A stretch of 64,000 nt of DNA from Elusimicrobia bacterium HGW-Elusimicrobia-1 (GTDB lineage: Bacteria; Elusimicrobiota; Endomicrobiia; PHAN01), in contig PHAN01000016.1 in assembly GCA_002841695.1 (NCBI GenBank), positions 4,024 to 68,023 of the forward strand, given 5' to 3'. Positions 36,138 to 44,948 of this stretch are shown here, piece after piece; positions within the stretch are counted from its first letter, which is position 1, and the number at the start of each line of letters is the position of its first letter. The translations under genes were made by a program, and so were the position numbers. Below the pieces are notes generated by a model. The model searched no databases. It worked only from the letters and a program-made list of their open reading frames with translations, and was not told where the DNA came from.

Positions 36138-37070
36138 ATGATTGTAAAAAAAACAGCACGATTGTCGGCTGCGCTTTTTTTTGCCGTTTTACTGACGGGC
36201 TGCGCAACCGCTCCGAAGCGCGCAACTCGCCTCTTTGTCGCGCCTGCCGATTACATATCGGGCGACACCGACATCAAAATACATATGATAGACGTCGGCC
36301 AGGGCGATTCCATCCTTATACAGACGCCCAACGGACGCAATATGCTCATAGACGCCGGAGGCGTGCCTTCGTTTATGGGCGGGAATACCGATACCGGCCG
36401 CGAATACGTCATTCCGTTTTTACAGCGGCATTTGCGCCGGGGATTTACTCTGGACGCGGTTATAATGTCGCACCCGCACGCGGACCATATAGGCGGTATG
36501 CCGACGGTGCTGGAGAATGTGAAAGTCCGCAAGGTATACGATTCCGGCTACGCCCGCGGCGACAGCGAATACGGAAAGTGTCTTGAAATTATCAAGCGCA
36601 AGAATATCGACTACGAGGTCGTCTCCGCCGGAGACGTCATAGAACTTGACCCCGACCTGGAAATAACCGTGCTTTCGCCGCCGTCGGGCATATCATTCGA
36701 GGGCGCTAACAACAATTCCGTGGTAGTGCGGATAAAATACAAGGATTTTGTGACGATATTGACGGGCGACGCCGAGGTCGAAGCCGAGAACTATATGGTC
36801 CCAAGTTTTCGCGGCGGACTTCAGGCCAGCTTGCTTAAGGTCGGTCATCACGGGTCGCGCACTTCTTCCACGCCGGGATTTATAAACGCGCTGATTCCGG
36901 AAGTAGCCCTGATACCATGCGGGAGAAACAACCGTTTCGGTCACCCTCATTCCGAAACCGTTTCGCGTCTGAGAGGGGCCGATACATATGTTTATCGCAG
37001 CGATTACGACGGCGATGTCACCGTTACTTCCAACGGATTCAGTTTCACCGTCCGGACTTCGCGCAGATAA
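36138..37070 (+). CDS. Lipoprotein ComEC-type MBL-fold hydrolase (paralog)
   Basis: Lipobox LTGC; IDVGQGD, SHPHADHIGG, TGDAE, KVGHHGS, NRFGHP. Confidence 0.88.
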   Translation: MIVKKTARLSAALFFAVLLTGCATAPKRATRLFVAPADYISGDTDIKIHMIDVGQGDSILIQTPNGRNMLIDAGGVPSFMGGNTDTGREYVIPFLQRHLRRGFTLDAVIMSHPHADHIGGMPTVLENVKVRKVYDSGYARGDSEYGKCLEIIKRKNIDYEVVSAGDVIELDPDLEITVLSPPSGISFEGANNNSVVVRIKYKDFVTILTGDAEVEAENYMVPSFRGGLQASLLKVGHHGSRTSSTPGFINALIPEVALIPCGRNNRFGHPHSETVSRLRGADTYVYRSDYDGDVTVTSNGFSFTVRTSRR

Positions 37071-37083
37071 TCAAAAAAAAACC

Positions 37084-37112
37084 TTGAATTCGCGCGTGGA
37101 TTTGTGTATAAT
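37084..37112 (+). promoter_or_regulatory. Sigma70 promoter for hinT-rpsU-nif3-dnaG-rpoD
   Basis: TTGAAT, 17 bp spacer, TATAAT with upstream TG (extended -10). Confidence 0.7.
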
Positions 37113-37181
37113 CAATCCCTGTTGAGTTTCGCATAATCAGTTGACATTTTGTCTCTGCCGTAATCGGCGGTTTTACCCGCG

Positions 37182-37520
37182 ATGGACTGTGTTTTCTGCA
37201 AAATAGCTTCGGGAGTATTGCCGTCATCCAAGGTCTACGAGGATGACAAAGTGTTCGCTTTCAGGGACATAACTCCTCAGGCGCCCGTGCATATACTGAT
37301 AGTGCCGCGCCGACATATCGAGGGTCTTGATTCATTGAGCGATACCGACGCTGATGTCTCCGCCGCCATACTTGCGGCCGCAAAAAAAATTGCCGCCGCG
37401 GAGGGCCTTAAAAACGGATGGCGGCTGGTCTCAAATTGCGGTCCCGATGCCGGTCAGGCCGTGGCTCATCTTCATTTTCATCTTCTCGGAGGACGCAAGT
37501 TTTTGTGGCCCCCGGGTTAA
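37182..37520 (+). CDS. hinT: Histidine triad nucleotide-binding protein
   Basis: CVFCKI, DITPQAPVH, HLHFHLLGGR, WPPG. Confidence 0.95.
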   Translation: MDCVFCKIASGVLPSSKVYEDDKVFAFRDITPQAPVHILIVPRRHIEGLDSLSDTDADVSAAILAAAKKIAAAEGLKNGWRLVSNCGPDAGQAVAHLHFHLLGGRKFLWPPG

Positions 37521-37565
37521 AAATACAAGCAATAAATATACCAATGAAAGGTGGTGTTATCATTA

Positions 37566-37832
37566 ATGGTTAACGTTGTCGTCCGTCAGGGCGAAACTAT
37601 CGAAGAGGCGTTGCGCCGTTTCAAGCGCGAGTGCGAAAAGCACGGAGTTCTTCAGGAAATCAAAAGAAGAGAGTACTACAAACCTCCCAGCGTCGTCAAA
37701 AAAGAGAAAAATAACGAGATAAAAAGAAAGCTCCGCAGGAGAGCGTTCAAAGCGGCCAATCAGCGCAAGCGCCGCTTGCGCGTTGTGCGCCGGCCGGGCT
37801 CCCGCCCGCCGAGTCGTCCGTCGTCCAGATAA
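37566..37832 (+). CDS. rpsU: 30S ribosomal protein S21 with an Arg/Pro-rich C-terminal extension
   Basis: ETIEEALRRFKR...RREYYKPPS; upstream of dnaG-rpoD. Confidence 0.92.
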   Translation: MVNVVVRQGETIEEALRRFKRECEKHGVLQEIKRREYYKPPSVVKKEKNNEIKRKLRRRAFKAANQRKRRLRVVRRPGSRPPSRPSSR

Positions 37833-37875
37833 TCGAGGGGAAAACTTCGTTTATTTCGTTAAAAAGGAAACTTGC

Positions 37876-38835
37876 ATGGCTTCATTAAAAGAGATATACC
37901 GCGCCGCCGTGGACGCAGGCATAAAAGCCGACCCGCGCGGCGAGGAGTTTGTCCGGCGCGAGTTGGCGCGCGAAAAGGAAAAATTCGAGAAGCTTTCGGA
38001 TATCGAAAAGTCCGAGTTCGACCGCGAAAAACTCGAAAATCCCTACTCCGACACCCGCATCCTCAACGATCCGTCCGGCGCCGGCATAAAAACCGCGCTG
38101 ACGGGCATAGATATGGAAGCGCCGGAGATACTTCTGTTCGACGCGCTCAAAAGGAAAGGTCGCTCGATAGACGCCGTAATCGGGCATCATCCCGAAGGCC
38201 GCGCGTACGCCAGGTTCTACGAAGTCATGAAGATGCAGGCCGACATTTTTTCGGCTGCGGGCGTGCCTATAAATATAGTCGAAGGCCTTACCGCCGAAAG
38301 AATGTCGGAAGTCGCGCGCAGGGTGGCGCCCGCCAACCATGAGCGCGCCGTCGACGCCGCCAAGTTGATGGATGTGCCGTTTATGTGCGTCCACACTCCG
38401 GCCGACAATCACGTCGCCTCGCACCTTTCGCGGCTCTTCGCCGAGAAGAAGCCCGAATTCCTCGACGACGTAATCAAAATACTCAAGGACATCCCCGAAT
38501 ATAAAATAGCCGTGGAGGCCGGTTCGGGGCCATTTATACTTGTCGGCGAAAAATCCCGCCGCGCCGGACGCGTCATAGTGGATATGACGGGCGGCACCGA
38601 GGGCTCAAAGGACATATTCGATTCACTGGCCACATCGGGCGTCGGAACCGTCGTCGCCATGCATTTGAGCGAAGATCATTACAAAAAAGCCAAGGAAAAC
38701 CGCGTAAACGTGGTTGTGGCCGGACATATATCCTCGGACAATCTGGGGCTTAATCTACTCTTCGACGCGCTTAAACTTCGCGGGATCGAGCTTGATACGG
38801 TTCCCTGCTCCGGTTTCCGTCGAGTCAACCGTTAA
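37876..38835 (+). CDS. NIF3-like (NGG1p interacting factor 3) protein
   Basis: NPYSDTRIL, GIDME, HHPEG, HTPADN, AGHISSDNLG. Confidence 0.8.
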   Translation: MASLKEIYRAAVDAGIKADPRGEEFVRRELAREKEKFEKLSDIEKSEFDREKLENPYSDTRILNDPSGAGIKTALTGIDMEAPEILLFDALKRKGRSIDAVIGHHPEGRAYARFYEVMKMQADIFSAAGVPINIVEGLTAERMSEVARRVAPANHERAVDAAKLMDVPFMCVHTPADNHVASHLSRLFAEKKPEFLDDVIKILKDIPEYKIAVEAGSGPFILVGEKSRRAGRVIVDMTGGTEGSKDIFDSLATSGVGTVVAMHLSEDHYKKAKENRVNVVVAGHISSDNLGLNLLFDALKLRGIELDTVPCSGFRRVNR

Positions 38836-38891
38836 TTTTTGTACTTAATGCAAGCGCCGGTTCGACACCGCGCGTCCGCCCCTTTTTTTGT

Positions 38892-40733
38892 ATGGCCATC
38901 CCCTCAAAAACCATCGAAGACATAAAAGCGAAAGCCGATATAGTGGCCGTTATCGAGAAGTATCTGCCGGAGCTTAAAAAATCCGGACGCAACTATCGTG
39001 CGCGTTGTCCTTTCCATAACGAAAAAACCCCCTCGTTTTTCGTCAATCCCGACAAAGGGATGTACCATTGTTTCGGCTGCGGAGCCAATGGCGACGTGTT
39101 CAAGTTCGTGCAGGAATACGAAAAAATATCCTGGCCGGAGGCCGTGCGAAAAATTGCCGCCGACGTCGGCATATCCGTGCGCGACGAGTACGAAAACTCG
39201 GCCGCCGCCGCCGAAGACCGTCGTCTTTACGAGGCGCTCGAGCGCGCCGCGAGCCATTACAAAAAAACTCTTTTTGAAACGTACGCGGGCAAAAACGCGC
39301 TCGAATATCTTAAAGGCCGTTCGATTACCCTCGATACTATAGAACGTTTCGGCATAGGTTTTTCCCAGGGCGACGCCGTCCATGCGCTGGCCAAAGAGGG
39401 AATAACCGCCGAGCAGCTTGCAAAGGCGGGCCTGTCCCGCGACGGCGACGGAAGGACGTTCGAATACATGAGCGGGCGGCTGGTTTTTCCCATCAGAGAC
39501 GCGCGCGGAAGAATAGTGGCTTTCGGAGGCCGTTCGCTGGACGATACCCGTCAGCCGAAATACCTCAACACTCCCGAAACGCGCATTTACATAAAGGGAC
39601 GTCATCTGTACGGTTTTTTTGAGGGTTCCGAGCGCATAAAAAAATCAGCCGAGATAATAATTGTCGAAGGTTATGTCGACGTGGTTGCGTCGCACCAGTA
39701 CGGCCTTCCTAACGCGGTTTCCTGTCTGGGCACCGCTTTTACGGAATACCACGCCGCGCTCGTCGGGCGTTTCGTAAAAAAAACGGCTCTGATATTCGAT
39801 CCGGATAAAGCGGGACTTACCGCGGCTGTCCGCGCGGCGGAACATCTTATAAATACCGAGACGGAGTTTTACGTGGTCACTCTGCCCGATAAGACCGACC
39901 CTGACGAATATATAATTAAAAACGGAGCCAGGGAATTTGTCGACTACATCAGGCGCAGCAAAAAAAACTTTTTCGATTTTCACTGCGATTATCTTGCGGC
40001 CAAGCACGGCGCGGCTACGCCGCTTGAAAAACTCGCCTGTCTTAAAGAAATTTTCCCCAACGTGTCGCGCATAAAAAGCCCGCTGATCGCTCAGGAGACG
40101 CTCAAAATCGTCTCCCAGAAACTGGGAATTGACCTTAATATTGTGGCCGCCGAATACTCCATCGCGCTTAAAAAACTCGGCGGACATTCCGGCAATCGTT
40201 TTCAAACTTCGGAGCGGGTATATCCGTCGAGAGCGCCGTCGGAGCCCGCGCGGGCTCACGCCGCAAAAACTTCGTCAAGACCGCTTTCGGGCGAGGAGAC
40301 GCTTATTTCGGTGCTCTTGCGCAGTCCCGAGCGTTCCGCCGATTTCAGTCAGGAGATGTTTCTGGAACAAGGGTGTCTGTCCGTCTGGAAAAAGATCCGC
40401 GAAGATTATACGCATCGCGGCAAAATCGACGCCGCGGCCATAGCCGCCTCTTTGCCCGACGACGCAAAGGAATGGTTCTCTTCTCTGGCCGTCCGCGAAA
40501 TAAATCTTTCCGTGCACGAATGCGTCGAAAGAATCCACGGCGAAATGTCCGAGGCGCTGCTGCGCAAAAGATTGAAAGCGCTTGAGCCCGAGGTGCTCGC
40601 TTCGCTTGTCGGCGGTCGCCCAGATGCGGCCAAATGCGAGGAATACCAGTCGATACTGCGTCGTCTCAAAAATCCGCGCCCGCCGCGCGGCGCGGTCGAA
40701 AATGCCGCCGAGGTCAGCCCCGCCAGACGCTAA
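38892..40733 (+). CDS. dnaG: DNA primase
   Basis: CPFHNEKTPSF...HCFGC, FGGR, PKYLNTPET, VEGYVD, FDPDKAG, DPDE. Confidence 0.97.
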   Translation: MAIPSKTIEDIKAKADIVAVIEKYLPELKKSGRNYRARCPFHNEKTPSFFVNPDKGMYHCFGCGANGDVFKFVQEYEKISWPEAVRKIAADVGISVRDEYENSAAAAEDRRLYEALERAASHYKKTLFETYAGKNALEYLKGRSITLDTIERFGIGFSQGDAVHALAKEGITAEQLAKAGLSRDGDGRTFEYMSGRLVFPIRDARGRIVAFGGRSLDDTRQPKYLNTPETRIYIKGRHLYGFFEGSERIKKSAEIIIVEGYVDVVASHQYGLPNAVSCLGTAFTEYHAALVGRFVKKTALIFDPDKAGLTAAVRAAEHLINTETEFYVVTLPDKTDPDEYIIKNGAREFVDYIRRSKKNFFDFHCDYLAAKHGAATPLEKLACLKEIFPNVSRIKSPLIAQETLKIVSQKLGIDLNIVAAEYSIALKKLGGHSGNRFQTSERVYPSRAPSEPARAHAAKTSSRPLSGEETLISVLLRSPERSADFSQEMFLEQGCLSVWKKIREDYTHRGKIDAAAIAASLPDDAKEWFSSLAVREINLSVHECVERIHGEMSEALLRKRLKALEPEVLASLVGGRPDAAKCEEYQSILRRLKNPRPPRGAVENAAEVSPARR

Positions 40734-40747
40734 AAGGATAAAAATAA

Positions 40748-42472
40748 ATGTCTAAAAAAATACTTAAAAACATAGTAGAGTACGCCAAATCGCAGGGTTC
40801 GCGGATAACTTACGAAGACCTGAATTCGCGCATACCGCCCGAATATTTTTCAAAGGATTTCTACGACAGTTTGCTCGATGTCCTTAAGTCGTCCGGTATA
40901 ACCGTTGCCGACAAAAATGAGGAGCATCAAGGCGAGTCCCACGAAGCCGCCGTCGAGCATCATAAGGCCGAGCTGGCCAGCGCGATAGAAAAAGAGGCGC
41001 TGGAAAATCCCGTAAGAATTTACCTTCGTGAAACCGCCAAGACGCCTCTTCTGACATGGGAAGAAGAAATCGACCTTGCCCGCCGCATTCGCGATAACGA
41101 GAGAAAACTCGAGTTGATGATTCTCTCCTCGCCGATCATTTTCAAAGAAATCAAAAACTGGGCCACCCTTATCGACCAGGATGAAATGACCGAGAAAGAG
41201 CTTATGCAGCGCGGCCGCAAATCCGAGGGTCAGCTCGCCTATATGCGCCGCAAAATCCGCAAGGTCGTCAATTCCATCAACGCTTCGGAGCGTGTGCTCA
41301 ATCGTCTGATAGAAGAGGCGGCGTCAAAAAATTTAAGCGTCCGCGCCAGAGAGAGCATAACGGCCCAAAAAGAGGCCGCCAAGCTTAAACTTCTCAATCA
41401 GATAATTTCGCTTAATCTCAACCAGAATAAAATAAAACGCCTGACCAATAAAATAAAAACTCTTGCCGAAAAGGGAATGGAGTTGAGACGGCATTTGGAC
41501 GCGGTGGAGCGGCGCATAAAAATTAGTTTGTCTGATCTTAAAAATATATACGCCAAGTTGATGCGTCGCAAGATTTCGTCCCGCGATTTTGCGGCCAAGA
41601 CGCATATCAGCTCCGCCCTGGCCGAAAAAACTTTAACCAATAACGCCGAATATATCGCGAGTTTCAAGGATTTCGAGTCGGCTCTGCCGATGCCGGTTGC
41701 GGATCTTTTCTATATGAAGGAACGCATAGAAGTTCTCGAAAAACAGATCCACGACGATAAATCCAAACTTATCAGCGCGAACCTCCGCCTGGTGGTGTCT
41801 ATAGCCAAAAAATACATAAATCAAAGTCCTCTTGAACTCGCCGATCTTATACAAGAGGGAAACCACGGGCTTATGCGCGCCGTCGAAAAGTTTGAATGGA
41901 AAAGGGGATTTAAATTCTCGACATACGCCACATGGTGGATAAGACAGTCCATAAACAGGGCAATAGCCGATCACGGCCGCACAATACGCATACCCGTGCA
42001 TAAAAAAGAGATGATTTCCAAGATTTCTAAAATTCGGCGGAAGTACCAGCAGGAACATGCCCGCGACCCGCTTATAGCCGAATACGCCAAACACCTGCAT
42101 CTGGGCGCGGCGGAAACCCGCGAGATACTTTCGCTTATGCAGGAGCCCATATCCACCGCGACTCCCGTCGACGACGACGAATCGTCGCGTATAGAGGATC
42201 TCATCGAGGATCAGAACTCGCTTTCGCCTTCCAAGGCGCTTTATCAGATGCGTTTGCGCATAGCCATAGAAAAAATACTCTCCACCCTGCACGCCCGCGA
42301 AGCCGAAATCATCAGAATGAGATTCGGACTTGACGGGGGACATCAGCGCACACTTGAAGAAGTCGGTCAGGCGTTTAACATAACGAGAGAGCGTGTGCGC
42401 CAGATAGAAGCAAAGGTCCTGCGCAAACTCAAACATCCCTCCCGCAGCAAGCATCTCAGAGAGTATATTTAA
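40748..42472 (+). CDS. rpoD: Primary RNA polymerase sigma factor
   Basis: [60 protein letters not shown]. Confidence 0.95.
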   Translation: MSKKILKNIVEYAKSQGSRITYEDLNSRIPPEYFSKDFYDSLLDVLKSSGITVADKNEEHQGESHEAAVEHHKAELASAIEKEALENPVRIYLRETAKTPLLTWEEEIDLARRIRDNERKLELMILSSPIIFKEIKNWATLIDQDEMTEKELMQRGRKSEGQLAYMRRKIRKVVNSINASERVLNRLIEEAASKNLSVRARESITAQKEAAKLKLLNQIISLNLNQNKIKRLTNKIKTLAEKGMELRRHLDAVERRIKISLSDLKNIYAKLMRRKISSRDFAAKTHISSALAEKTLTNNAEYIASFKDFESALPMPVADLFYMKERIEVLEKQIHDDKSKLISANLRLVVSIAKKYINQSPLELADLIQEGNHGLMRAVEKFEWKRGFKFSTYATWWIRQSINRAIADHGRTIRIPVHKKEMISKISKIRRKYQQEHARDPLIAEYAKHLHLGAAETREILSLMQEPISTATPVDDDESSRIEDLIEDQNSLSPSKALYQMRLRIAIEKILSTLHAREAEIIRMRFGLDGGHQRTLEEVGQAFNITRERVRQIEAKVLRKLKHPSRSKHLREYI

Positions 42473-42495
42473 CCCTATCTCCTGCCCCCGCCTCT

Positions 42496-42525
42496 TTGAC
42501 TGCCCCCGCCCCATTTTGCTACAAT
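42496..42525 (+). promoter_or_regulatory. Sigma70 promoter for the tRNAs
   Basis: TTGACT, 18 bp spacer, TGC-TACAAT. Confidence 0.65.
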
Positions 42526-42541
42526 CTCCTTTCGAGTAATT

Positions 42542-42615
42542 GGGCCCGTAGCTCAGTTGGTTAGAGCAGACGACTCATAATCGTCGGGTCGTGGGTTCGA
42601 GTCCTACCGGGCCCA
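42542..42615 (+). tRNA. tRNA with CAT anticodon, most likely tRNA-Ile2 (lysidine); CCA not encoded
   Basis: Acceptor GGGCCCG/CGGGCCC, anticodon arm GACGA-CTCATAA-TCGTC, GTTCGA T-loop; sequence and position after rpoD resemble ileX. Confidence 0.9.
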
Positions 42616-42698
42616 AACTTAATGCGGCAGAGTTGAACAGGCGGGGGTAAGGCGCAAAAAACCTTAACCGTCGTTTACTGCTGTCCGTTTTTCTCGTC

Positions 42699-42773
42699 GG
42701 ACGGTTAGCTCAGCGGTAGAGCATTGCACTCACATTGCAAGGGCCGCAGGTTCAAATCCTGCACCGTCCACCA
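42699..42773 (+). tRNA. tRNA-Val(CAC)
   Basis: Acceptor GGACGGT/ACCGTCC then ACCA; anticodon arm TTGCA-CTCACAT-TGCAA; GTTCAAATC. Confidence 0.93.
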
Positions 42774-42828
42774 GATGTCTGCCCGCGCCGCTAAATTATG
42801 CGGCGTATAAAATAATGTCGCCAAAATA

Positions 42829-43578
42829 ATGTCAATAGTATCGGACACACTTGCAAAATTGATTAAACTTCAGGCGCTGGATGCGGAAGCGGCGCGTCTG
42901 GCGTGCGCGCTTGAGGGTATCCCCGCGCGCAAGAAAAGTGTCGAAGACGCGCTGGCGGCGAGTAAAAGGGAATTCGACGAAAAACAAAATCTCGCGCGGC
43001 GTTTGCAACTCGATCTTAAAAACAAGAACGCCGAACTTGAGGCGGCCGAAGCCGCCGTGCAGAAACACACCGCCGAACTTAACACCGTAAAAAGTAACCA
43101 GGCGTATCGGGCGTTGCTCGACGAGATCGAGGAAGCCAAGAGGCGTTCGTCGGAAATAGAAGACGCCATACTCAAAATCCTCGATTCCGCAGACAGGGAA
43201 AACAAGGCGGCGCTCGCCGCTTCGGCCGTAATAAAAAAGATGGAAGCCGATGCCGCGTCCGAGTTATCCGGAATCGACGAGGAAACGCGCAAAATTGAGT
43301 CGGAGTCGTCCGGTTTGCGCGCTCAAAGAGAAGCCGCGGCGGCCGAAGTCGATCCGAGATTCTTGAGCATTTACACTCATATGCTATCGGCCAAAGGCGG
43401 AATGGCGATAGCTAAGCTTGAGGGCTCCGGTTGCGGCGGTTGTCATATGAAACTGTCCGTGCAGAACATAAACGAGCTTGAGCGCGTGTACAGCGCGGGT
43501 TCGCAGTCGGTCGAACTTGTTCGCTGCGAAAATTGTTCCAGAATACTTTACTCGGAAAAATATTCAAAGCGGAGTTGA
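42829..43578 (+). CDS. Coiled-coil protein with a C4 zinc ribbon (DUF164/CT398-like)
   Basis: LIKLQALD, long coiled coil, CGGCHM...CENCSRILY. Confidence 0.88.
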   Translation: MSIVSDTLAKLIKLQALDAEAARLACALEGIPARKKSVEDALAASKREFDEKQNLARRLQLDLKNKNAELEAAEAAVQKHTAELNTVKSNQAYRALLDEIEEAKRRSSEIEDAILKILDSADRENKAALAASAVIKKMEADAASELSGIDEETRKIESESSGLRAQREAAAAEVDPRFLSIYTHMLSAKGGMAIAKLEGSGCGGCHMKLSVQNINELERVYSAGSQSVELVRCENCSRILYSEKYSKRS

Positions 43579-43615
43579 TGGTTTGATGTGCCCGTTCTTT
43601 TATAAATAACGGCTC

Positions 43616-44039
43616 GCCGCGCGTCGGCGTGTCGCCCCGTCCCGCTTTTCCCGCGATAAATCGCGGGAAAAGCGGGGCGGGGAGGAACTTCCGGACTCTC
43701 GTCCTTCCGCCTCGTTTATTCGGGGACGGGGGAACAGGTAGCGGGTAATTCCCGTCGTCCCGCCTTGGCGGGGCAGAGGTGCGAACAGAAACGGCACGCG
43801 GCGAAAGTCGCGGGCCGCCCCGGCGTCAAGACCCGGGGCGAGACGCTCCATAAGCGCGCGAACGCATTAATTTGTGTGCGCGCGGACAAAGAGCGGATGA
43901 AACGGCTAAATCCTTACCCGAGAGCAAGGCCGAACATGGTGGGCCGCTTGACCCCGCCGGTAACGACGGGGCTTAGAGTAATGACACGCGTTCCGCCGCA
44001 GTATGGCGGGATACGAAATCCGGAGTATAGACGCGCGGC
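43616..44039 (+). ncRNA. rnpB: RNase P RNA (atypical)
   Basis: P1 gccgcgcgtc/gacgcgcggc; P2 gcgtgtcg/tgacacgc; GAGGAACTTCCGGA and AAATCCGGAGTAT form P4; ACAGAAAC, TGAAACGG and GAGCAAG conserved regions; usual position between the Zn-ribbon gene and mraZ. Confidence 0.9.
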
Positions 44040-44066
44040 AGGTCGTCAAATACAGGGGGCGGCAAA

Positions 44067-44387
44067 ATGGATATCGCGGCTCTTATCAAGCATCGTATTT
44101 ACACATACGCCGAGTTTGCCAGGTACATTTTCGGCAGAGTGACCGGCAGTCGCTCGGCCGACAGGGAAAATAATTACTGGGGATATATCGCCTCCCTGAC
44201 CGAACATCGCCGCAAGAAGTGCCCCCACGCGTCTCTTCGGAAAATTTCTTCTACGAAATTTTTTTGCGAGAAATGCGGCGCCGAAGTCCGCTACATCCGC
44301 GAAGAACTCTCTATCGCGGCCGAAATTACGACGGTGCTTCTTGCCGCCGCGTTGGTTTACAAAATCCTCAAAAAACCCCGCTCGTAA
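44067..44387 (+). CDS. Small hypothetical protein with a zinc-ribbon-like motif and a C-terminal TM helix
   Basis: CPH...FFCEKCG; hydrophobic C-terminal segment; GGGGG SD-like sequence. Confidence 0.5.
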   Translation: MDIAALIKHRIYTYAEFARYIFGRVTGSRSADRENNYWGYIASLTEHRRKKCPHASLRKISSTKFFCEKCGAEVRYIREELSIAAEITTVLLAAALVYKILKKPRS

Positions 44388-44425
44388 AACAACCGACCCG
44401 CCTGAGTTTATTGACCCGCCGACAC

Positions 44426-44454
44426 TTGACAAGGTCTCCGCTATTTTGTACACT
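44426..44454 (+). promoter_or_regulatory. dcw operon promoter
   Basis: TTGACA, 17 bp spacer, TACACT. Confidence 0.75.
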
Positions 44455-44460
44455 TATCGG

Positions 44461-44490
44461 GAAACGGTGGATAAAAGTGGCGGAAAGTGT
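44461..44490 (+). promoter_or_regulatory. MraZ-binding direct repeats
   Basis: GTGG/GTGG/GTGT at 10-bp spacing (gaaacggtgg ataaaagtgg cggaaagtgt), matching the known MraZ box architecture. Confidence 0.75.
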
Positions 44491-44522
44491 TGATTTTCCG
44501 CATCTTCCGCGGGAGTCCGTCG

Positions 44523-44948
44523 ATGTATGTCGGCTATTTCCTTCACGCAGTAGACAAAAAAAATCGAATATTCATACCTTACCGCTTCCGCTCCGGAAAA
44601 AACAATTACGTCCTTTCGCGCGGTCTGGAAAAATGCCTTTGGCTTTTCGATTCTCCGCGCTGGTCGCAAATCCTCGATAAATTTGAAAATCTCTCCTGGC
44701 AGGACAAATCCAAACAGAGGGCTTTTAAAAGAACGCTTCTGGCCGGCGCCGTCGAGTGCGGTATGGACTCGCAGGGCCGTCTGATAATCCCATCGCATCT
44801 TATGGAGTACGCGGGCATCAGGAAAGAGTCGTCGGTAATCGGCATGGGCGACCGCATAGAGATATGGGACAGCGCCGTCTGGAAGAAATACTCCACGGGC
44901 TTCGGCGAAAAATCTTTTGCGGCGCTGGCTGAGAAACTGGATATATAG
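44523..44948 (+). CDS. mraZ: Transcriptional regulator MraZ
   Basis: VDKKNRIFIP, RGLEKCL, DSQGRLIIP, IEIW. Confidence 0.93.
   Translation: MYVGYFLHAVDKKNRIFIPYRFRSGKNNYVLSRGLEKCLWLFDSPRWSQILDKFENLSWQDKSKQRAFKRTLLAGAVECGMDSQGRLIIPSHLMEYAGIRKESSVIGMGDRIEIWDSAVWKKYSTGFGEKSFAALAEKLDI

Noticed and set aside
35225-37070. Calling the two MBL genes comEC DNA-uptake channels
   Set aside because: They lack the multi-TM competence domain and OB fold; only the hydrolase domain is present.
38850-38890. GGTTCGA motif before dnaG as a tRNA remnant
   Set aside because: No cloverleaf; at most a weak hairpin plus T tract.
42620-42695. Imperfect stem-loop between the two tRNAs as a separate ncRNA
   Set aside because: Short, with no recognisable family; adequately explained as a spacer structure.
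42542-42773. tRNAs as an integration site for a prophage or island
   Set aside because: No integrase, no duplicated tRNA 3' end seen, and housekeeping genes on both sides.
43765-44142. ORFs overlapping rnpB (43765-44142 +, 43600-43851 -)
   Set aside because: The region is explained by the RNase P RNA.
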